From assembly GCA_963715985.1 (NCBI GenBank), contig CAVQSP010000008.1, positions 1-64,000 on the forward strand: a DNA stretch of 64,000 nt. Direction: 5' to 3'. A model generated the notes under the pieces. The model was not told where the DNA came from. It saw only the letters and a program-made list of their open reading frames with translations, and ran no database searches. The number at the start of each line of letters is the position of its first letter. Within the stretch, counting starts at the first letter, position 1. This DNA is from an uncultured Thermoleophilia bacterium (lineage in GTDB: Bacteria; Actinomycetota; Thermoleophilia; UBA2241). Shown here one piece after another: positions 58,926 through 64,000 of the stretch. Position numbers and translations under genes: made by a program.

Positions 58926-59920
58926 CGCGAGCGGCCCGCACAGGCGTGTGGCCGGGAATCGCTCTGGCCGCGGGCATCTTCGCCCTGTGCCTCGTGCTGG
59001 CTCTCGTCCTGGGACCGGTCCCGCTCTCACTGGGTCGCCTTTGGCAGCTGGTGACGGCGGGGCCGGTCCACGGCGACCTCCAGAACGCCATCTTCTGGCA
59101 GATCCGCCTGCCGCGCGTCCTCGTCGCCTGCCTGGTCGGCGCGGCGCTGGCGGTCGCCGGCGTCATCCTGCAGGACCTCTTCCTCAATCCGCTCACCGAC
59201 CCGTACGTCACCGGCGTCTCGTCCGGCGCCGCGCTGGGAGCCACGATAGGCATCGTCCTCCACTTCTCGAGCCTCGCCTGGACCACAGTGCTGGCCATCG
59301 TCGGCGGTCTGGGTACGCTCGGCATCGTGTGGCTGGCGGCACGGCGGCGCGGCCGCATCGACATCTTCGTGCTGCTGCTCGCCGGCGTGACCATCTCGTA
59401 CCTCGCCGCCGCGGTCGTCACCGTGCTCATGATCGAGGCGAACGAGGACATGAACGCCATCATCTTCTGGCTCATGGGGAGCTTCTCGGGGCGCGGCTGG
59501 CCCGACGTCGAGATCGCCCTCGCGGTACTTCCGTTCCTCGCGGTGCCCCTGTTCTTCACGCGGGAGATGGACATCATGCTGCAGGGCGAGAAGCGGGCGC
59601 TCGAGCTCGGCGTGGAGGTCGAGCGCACCAAACGGATCCTGCTGGTCACCGCCGGCGTGCTGACCGCGCTGGCCGTCTCCGTGAGCGGCATCATCGGTTT
59701 CGTGGGCCTCGTGGTGCCGCACATCGTGCGGCTGCTGGTCGGCCCGGGCCACCGTGGACTGCTGCCGGTGTCGCTGCTGGCCGGAGCCTCGATGATGGTG
59801 GTCGCCGACCTGCTCTCGCGTACGGTGATCGCTCCCAACGAGATCCCCGTGGGGGTGGTCACCACGTTCGTCGGGGCGCCGCTGTTCGTCTACCTCCTGC
59901 GCCGCGGGAAGCGCAGCTGA
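58922..59920 (+). CDS. btuC: FecCD/BtuC permease
   Basis: IRLPRV, NPLTDPYVTGVSSGA, GFVGLVVPH and EIPVG. Confidence 0.85.
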   Translation: MTRAARTGVWPGIALAAGIFALCLVLALVLGPVPLSLGRLWQLVTAGPVHGDLQNAIFWQIRLPRVLVACLVGAALAVAGVILQDLFLNPLTDPYVTGVSSGAALGATIGIVLHFSSLAWTTVLAIVGGLGTLGIVWLAARRRGRIDIFVLLLAGVTISYLAAAVVTVLMIEANEDMNAIIFWLMGSFSGRGWPDVEIALAVLPFLAVPLFFTREMDIMLQGEKRALELGVEVERTKRILLVTAGVLTALAVSVSGIIGFVGLVVPHIVRLLVGPGHRGLLPVSLLAGASMMVVADLLSRTVIAPNEIPVGVVTTFVGAPLFVYLLRRGKRS

Positions 59921-61167
59921 TGGCCATCGTCTCGCTGCGCGACGTGGACTTCGCTTACGACGAGCGCCCGGTGCTGCGGCGCATCTCGTTCGAGCTCGAG
60001 CCCGGCGAGTTCGTGGGCATCGTCGGGCCCAACGGCAGCGGCAAGTCCACGCTCATCGACCTCGTGGACGGCATCCTGCGTCCGGGAGGCGGCGAAGTAC
60101 TCGTGGGCGGCCGGCCTACGAACTCCTACCGGCGCCGCGACATGGCGCGTGAGGTGGCGCTCGTGCCGCAGCACTTCGACCTCGACTTCGACCTCGAGGT
60201 GCGCGAGGTCGTCGAGATGGGCGCCTACTGCCGCGGCAAGGGCCCGGCGGTCTGCGACGACGCCGAGCTGACGCTGGCGCGCCTCGGCGTGGCCGCCCTC
60301 GCCGGGCGCCGCTTCGTGGAGCTGTCCGGCGGCGAGAAGCAGCTCGTGGTGCTCGCTCAGGCGCTCATGCAGCAGGCGCCTCTGCTGCTGCTCGACGAGC
60401 CCGCCTCGGCCCTGGATGTCTCCCACCAGCTGCGCCTCTTCGACCTGCTCCGTGAGCTCAACGCCGACGGCCTCACCGTGCTGTGTATCCTCCACGACCT
60501 CAATCTGGCGCTGCACTACTTCGACAAGCTGCTGGTGCTCAGCGGCGGCGAGGTGGCGGCGTACGGGCCGCCCGACGAGGTCCTGCGGCCCGAGATCCTC
60601 GAGGCCGTCTACGGCGTGCGCGCCTACATGCACCGGCACGCCGGGCGCACGTACCTCACGTTCTCGCCGCGGCTGCGCGGCGAGCGCCTGGGCCGCGTGC
60701 ACGTGGTCAGCGGAGGCGGCACCGGCGCCGGACTGATGCGGGAGCTGGTCGACGCCGGGTACGAGGTCACCGCCGGCGTCCTCAACGCCCTCGACACCGA
60801 CGAGGAGACCGGGCGTGAGCTGGGCCTGCACATGGCGGTGGAGGCGCCCTTCTCGCCGGTCGGCGACGAGGCCCACGCCGACAACCTCGAGCTCATGGGC
60901 GGCGCCGACCTCGTGATCATCACCGCTGTGCCGGTGAGCACCGGCAACGCGCGCAACGTGGAGGCGGCGCTGCAGACGCTCGCTACCGGCACGCCGGTGT
61001 GGGCCGACGCCGGCGTGCTTCAGACCGACTTCGCCGGCGTCACCGGCGGGCTGGCCGACGCCGGCGTGCGGCTTTTCAGCGACGAGGCCGAGCTCCTCGC
61101 CGCTGTGCGCGCCAGCGGCGCCTTCGCTGAAGGCGAGTCCTCGCCGGAGGCCGCGCCGCCTGCGTGA
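59920..61167 (+). CDS. btuD: BtuD/FepC ABC ATPase with C-terminal extension
   Basis: GPNGSGKST, LSGGEKQ, LDEP and LHDLNLA, plus about 160 extra residues (RVHVVSGGGTG...GVLNALDTD). Confidence 0.83.
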   Translation: MAIVSLRDVDFAYDERPVLRRISFELEPGEFVGIVGPNGSGKSTLIDLVDGILRPGGGEVLVGGRPTNSYRRRDMAREVALVPQHFDLDFDLEVREVVEMGAYCRGKGPAVCDDAELTLARLGVAALAGRRFVELSGGEKQLVVLAQALMQQAPLLLLDEPASALDVSHQLRLFDLLRELNADGLTVLCILHDLNLALHYFDKLLVLSGGEVAAYGPPDEVLRPEILEAVYGVRAYMHRHAGRTYLTFSPRLRGERLGRVHVVSGGGTGAGLMRELVDAGYEVTAGVLNALDTDEETGRELGLHMAVEAPFSPVGDEAHADNLELMGGADLVIITAVPVSTGNARNVEAALQTLATGTPVWADAGVLQTDFAGVTGGLADAGVRLFSDEAELLAAVRASGAFAEGESSPEAAPPA

Positions 61168-61246
61168 GGCCGGGCGGACGTCAGTCGGCGCCCTGCGCCT
61201 CCGCTTCGCGCGGCAGGTCCACGGCCAGTCTGGCGGCGCCGAGGCG

Positions 61247-62848
61247 TCAGTCGGCGTCGGGGTCGAGCGCTCGCACGTACTCGACGAGCTCGTGCGACTC
61301 CTCGGAGTCCACGGCCATCACTTCGTAGTCGACGATGACCCCGTTGAAGTACTGCATCAGCAGCCACTCCACGCCGGGTCCGCCGGGGCGCACGCCGACG
61401 AACAGGAAGCCGAGTTCCTCGAGCTGCGCCGCCGCCGCAGCCGCTCCCGGCTTGGTCATGTCCAGCGCCGCTTCCACCACGCGGAACTCCGACTCCCGCA
61501 GCATGCGCAACTCGTCGTGCAGGCGCGTGCGCGCGTCGTCGCCGAAGCTCGTCACCGTGAAGCCGGCGATGGACGACGCGGGAGTGAGGCGCACCTCGAT
61601 CGCGGTCTCCGCAGGACGCTCGCGGACCGCATCGAGTCCTCCCGGGGGCGAGCCGTCGAGCCGGTCGGGGGCGCCGATCCAGCCGTAGAGACGGGCGATC
61701 ATGTCCCGGTGCCGGGGCGGCACGTCCAACGGGACCCGCGAGGGCTCGACGAAATAGCGGAACATGGTCATCGCCGAGTTGCGGTGGCGGGGGTGCTCGT
61801 CGATGCCACGGAACTCGCGGTCGGGAGGGATGGACGCCAGTCGCACGCCGCACGTTCCGAGGCCCAGAGCCACGTTGAGGTGCTGTGTGTACGGGTGCAC
61901 GGTGATCGCCTCGGCGAAGGTGCCGTACAGTCCGCGGCGCTGTCCCTCCTGCATGAGGAGGTCGGCGAGGCGATGCGCGATGTGCCGCCCTCGCCAGTCT
62001 CTGCGAGTGGCGGCGATGCCGAGCTCGGGGACAGAGCGGTCGTCGGCGAACGAGAGCGCGAAGTGACCGACCACGGTGCCGTCCGGCACGGTGGCTACGG
62101 CGGAGATCATGTCGCCGCTCTGATTGAGGGCGGCGATGCGCAGCGGGTGGTACATGTCCTCATGCAGGTAGGTCAGGCGGTAGGCGTCGTAGATGCAGCT
62201 GCTGACCGCGGCCGCCTGCTCCGGCCGGAACAGCTCGTACGTCACTTCGACTTCGTCCACTGACGCCGGGGCCGCGGCGCCCGCCGGACCCGCGGCCGGT
62301 CGCGGAGGCGTGTCCGGCGTGAGCGCCGGCGCCGCTTCGCCGGCCGGCTCCGTCGCCTCCGGGGAAGCGGTCACGACGAAGGCATCGTCTTCGTCCGACT
62401 CCTGCGGCAGGTCGGTGGCCGCGTCCGTCGTCGCGCTCCCCACGTGCAACATCACCTGCACCGTGGTGCCGCCGCGCCCGAGGTTGCGGAACTCCACCCA
62501 GTCCGGGGAGCCGTCCGTGAGGAGGCCGTGCACGAAGGCGCTGGCCTGGCCGCGAAGCGAGGGATCGAACGGCGGGCCGTCGTCGTGCAGTGTGACGCTG
62601 AGCCCGCCGGGCACGACCTCGCAGGTCAGGTCGATCTCGCCGTCTTCCAGCGGTCGTGCGGGCGTGCCCATGAACACCTGGGCGAGCTGGCAGACGACGT
62701 TCGACGCCCTGTGGCGGCCACCTTTGTGAAAGCCTGCCAGACGCGCCGCGTCGCGTGTCGTGTGCTGCACCAGGGCCAGGTAGTCGGGCCTGTTGGGGAT
62801 GGTCAGCATGAGGCGCGACGGCGCGCCTGCGGTACTCCCATCACTCAT
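61247..62848 (-). CDS. HATPase(anti-sigma)-like N-terminal domain plus GNAT-like C-terminal region
   Basis: LHDDGPPFDP, FRNLGRGG, ELGIAATRRDWRGRHIA and AEAITVHPYTQ. Confidence 0.65.
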   Translation of the reverse strand: MSDGSTAGAPSRLMLTIPNRPDYLALVQHTTRDAARLAGFHKGGRHRASNVVCQLAQVFMGTPARPLEDGEIDLTCEVVPGGLSVTLHDDGPPFDPSLRGQASAFVHGLLTDGSPDWVEFRNLGRGGTTVQVMLHVGSATTDAATDLPQESDEDDAFVVTASPEATEPAGEAAPALTPDTPPRPAAGPAGAAAPASVDEVEVTYELFRPEQAAAVSSCIYDAYRLTYLHEDMYHPLRIAALNQSGDMISAVATVPDGTVVGHFALSFADDRSVPELGIAATRRDWRGRHIAHRLADLLMQEGQRRGLYGTFAEAITVHPYTQHLNVALGLGTCGVRLASIPPDREFRGIDEHPRHRNSAMTMFRYFVEPSRVPLDVPPRHRDMIARLYGWIGAPDRLDGSPPGGLDAVRERPAETAIEVRLTPASSIAGFTVTSFGDDARTRLHDELRMLRESEFRVVEAALDMTKPGAAAAAAQLEELGFLFVGVRPGGPGVEWLLMQYFNGVIVDYEVMAVDSEESHELVEYVRALDPDAD

Positions 62849-62887
62849 CGATGCCCTCCGCCTCTTCGTCCTCCCACCGAGGGGCCG

Positions 62888-63334
62888 TCAGCCAAGCAGC
62901 TCCCTGAGTTGCGCGCCGGCCGCCCGGTCTTGCGCGGCGCTCTTGCGAAACGCCGTCGCGCGGCGGCCGAGCATGCTCTCGCAGCCGGCCACGAAGGCGT
63001 CGTGAAAGCGCGCCGCGTCCTCCTCGGCGCGCGCCAGCTCTTCTGCGACTGCGGGCCAGTTGGTCGCGGGCTCGGCGTCGAGCGTGCCGAGGAAGTCACG
63101 GCCGTCCAGGGTCACCGGCGCGCCGGCCTGGTCCGCGGTCTCCTGGCGTGTGGCCGCGAGCTTCGCCACACGGTCGTCGTGGGTGCAGACGATCTCTTCG
63201 AGCTTGTCGCGCCACGTCTGGTCGGGGGCCAGGACGCCGGCCGCCGCGGCCAGGTCGGCGCACGCTTGCTCCGCCTCGAGAGCGAAGCGAAGAGCCGAGC
63301 CGTACGTGGTGATGTCGGGGAACTGGTGAGCCAT
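62888..63334 (-). CDS. Ferritin/rubrerythrin-like helical protein
   Basis: TYGSALRFALEAE and AEEDAARFH pattern; AAGGAG RBS. Confidence 0.55.
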   Translation of the reverse strand: MAHQFPDITTYGSALRFALEAEQACADLAAAAGVLAPDQTWRDKLEEIVCTHDDRVAKLAATRQETADQAGAPVTLDGRDFLGTLDAEPATNWPAVAEELARAEEDAARFHDAFVAGCESMLGRRATAFRKSAAQDRAAGAQLRELLG

Positions 63335-63410
63335 GGGCGCTCCTTGGGTCGGGTTCTGAGGAGCGTCCTACCCGCCGCCGCCGTTCCCGTATCGGCGGCA
63401 CACCAAAGAA

Positions 63411-63442
63411 GAGGGCGGGGGACCTGCCGGTCCCCCGCCCTC
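63411..63442 (-). terminator. Intrinsic terminator downstream of mmsA
   Basis: GAGGGCGGGGGACC-TGCC-GGTCCCCCGCCCTC, followed by TTCTTT on the minus strand. Confidence 0.8.
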
Positions 63443-63498
63443 GAGAGCGCTGCGAGCGGATCGCTGAGCCGGGGCTCAGTCGCGGCGTGTGCCGCTGC

Positions 63499-64000
63499 TC
63501 ACCACTGCTTGTTGACGGTACCCTCCCAGGTGCCGACCTTCTTCTCCTTCTTCTCGGCCTCCGTGAACCAGCGCGACGTGACGCACTTGCTCTCGGTGAA
63601 GAAGCGGATGCCGTCGAGGCCGAACACGTGGCTCTCGCCGAAGAACGAATCCTTGTGGCCGGCGAAGGGGAAGAAGCTGACCGGCACCGGGATGCCGACG
63701 TTGATGCCCACCATGCCGGCGTGCGTGCGCTTGGCGAACTCGCGCGCGTACGAGCCGCTCTCGGTGAAGATGCAGGAGCCGTTGGCGAAGCGGCTGTTGT
63801 TCATCAGCGTGATGCCCTCTTCGAAGTCCTCGACGCGCTTGATGCCGAGCACCGGGCCGAAGATCTCCTCGCGGCCGACCTCCATGTCCTCGGTCACGTT
63901 GTCGAAGATCGTCGGACCGACGAAGAAGCCGTTCTCGAAGCCCGGCACGACGCAGTCGCGGCCGTCGAGGATGAGCTCGGCGCCTTCGGCGACGCCCTTG
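63499..64000 (-). CDS. mmsA: CoA-acylating (methyl)malonate-semialdehyde dehydrogenase, 3' part (runs off the window)
   Basis: EEIFGPVL, GMVGINVGIPVPVSFFPFAGHKDSFFG and FFT..K.VTSRW. Confidence 0.88.
   Translation of the reverse strand, partial: KGVAEGAELILDGRDCVVPGFENGFFVGPTIFDNVTEDMEVGREEIFGPVLGIKRVEDFEEGITLMNNSRFANGSCIFTESGSYAREFAKRTHAGMVGINVGIPVPVSFFPFAGHKDSFFGESHVFGLDGIRFFTESKCVTSRWFTEAEKKEKKVGTWEGTVNKQW

Overview
Very GC-rich bacterial chromosomal DNA. Gene content and TAGACT/TAGAAT-type -10 elements suggest an anaerobic actinomycete, possibly Thermoleophilia-like; this is inference only. Many genes carry single-base frameshifts, most simply explained by an unpolished long-read assembly. 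Left part: rlmKL, a secreted polysaccharide deacetylase, recQ, an orphan peptide-binding protein, a candidate GGA-rich small RNA, a vapBC pair, an atypical CooS-V-like CO dehydrogenase homologue with a ferredoxin behind an FNR/HcpR-type box, a ThrE exporter, a 2-oxoacid:ferredoxin oxidoreductase and a DUF362/polyferredoxin/Crp-Fnr operon. Centre (about 20.3-44.6 kb): an anaerobic cobamide biosynthesis cluster with two cobalamin riboswitches and several fusions (CbiD-E, CbiJ-CobO, CbiM-N-Q). The first riboswitch controls two genes not in textbook B12 pathways: a Zn-dehydrogenase with a GHE-to-GEE change and a TrpD paralogue lacking the anthranilate-binding residues. No bluB, bza or pduX gene is seen, so this pair is the best candidate for an undescribed cobamide step. 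Right part: carbonic anhydrase, a ThDP decarboxylase, a Stay-green homologue, accessory enzymes, and a Fur-family/DUF71/btuFCD salvage operon. Its promoter shares a 14/15-identical Fur-like box with the region upstream of the cob operon riboswitch.
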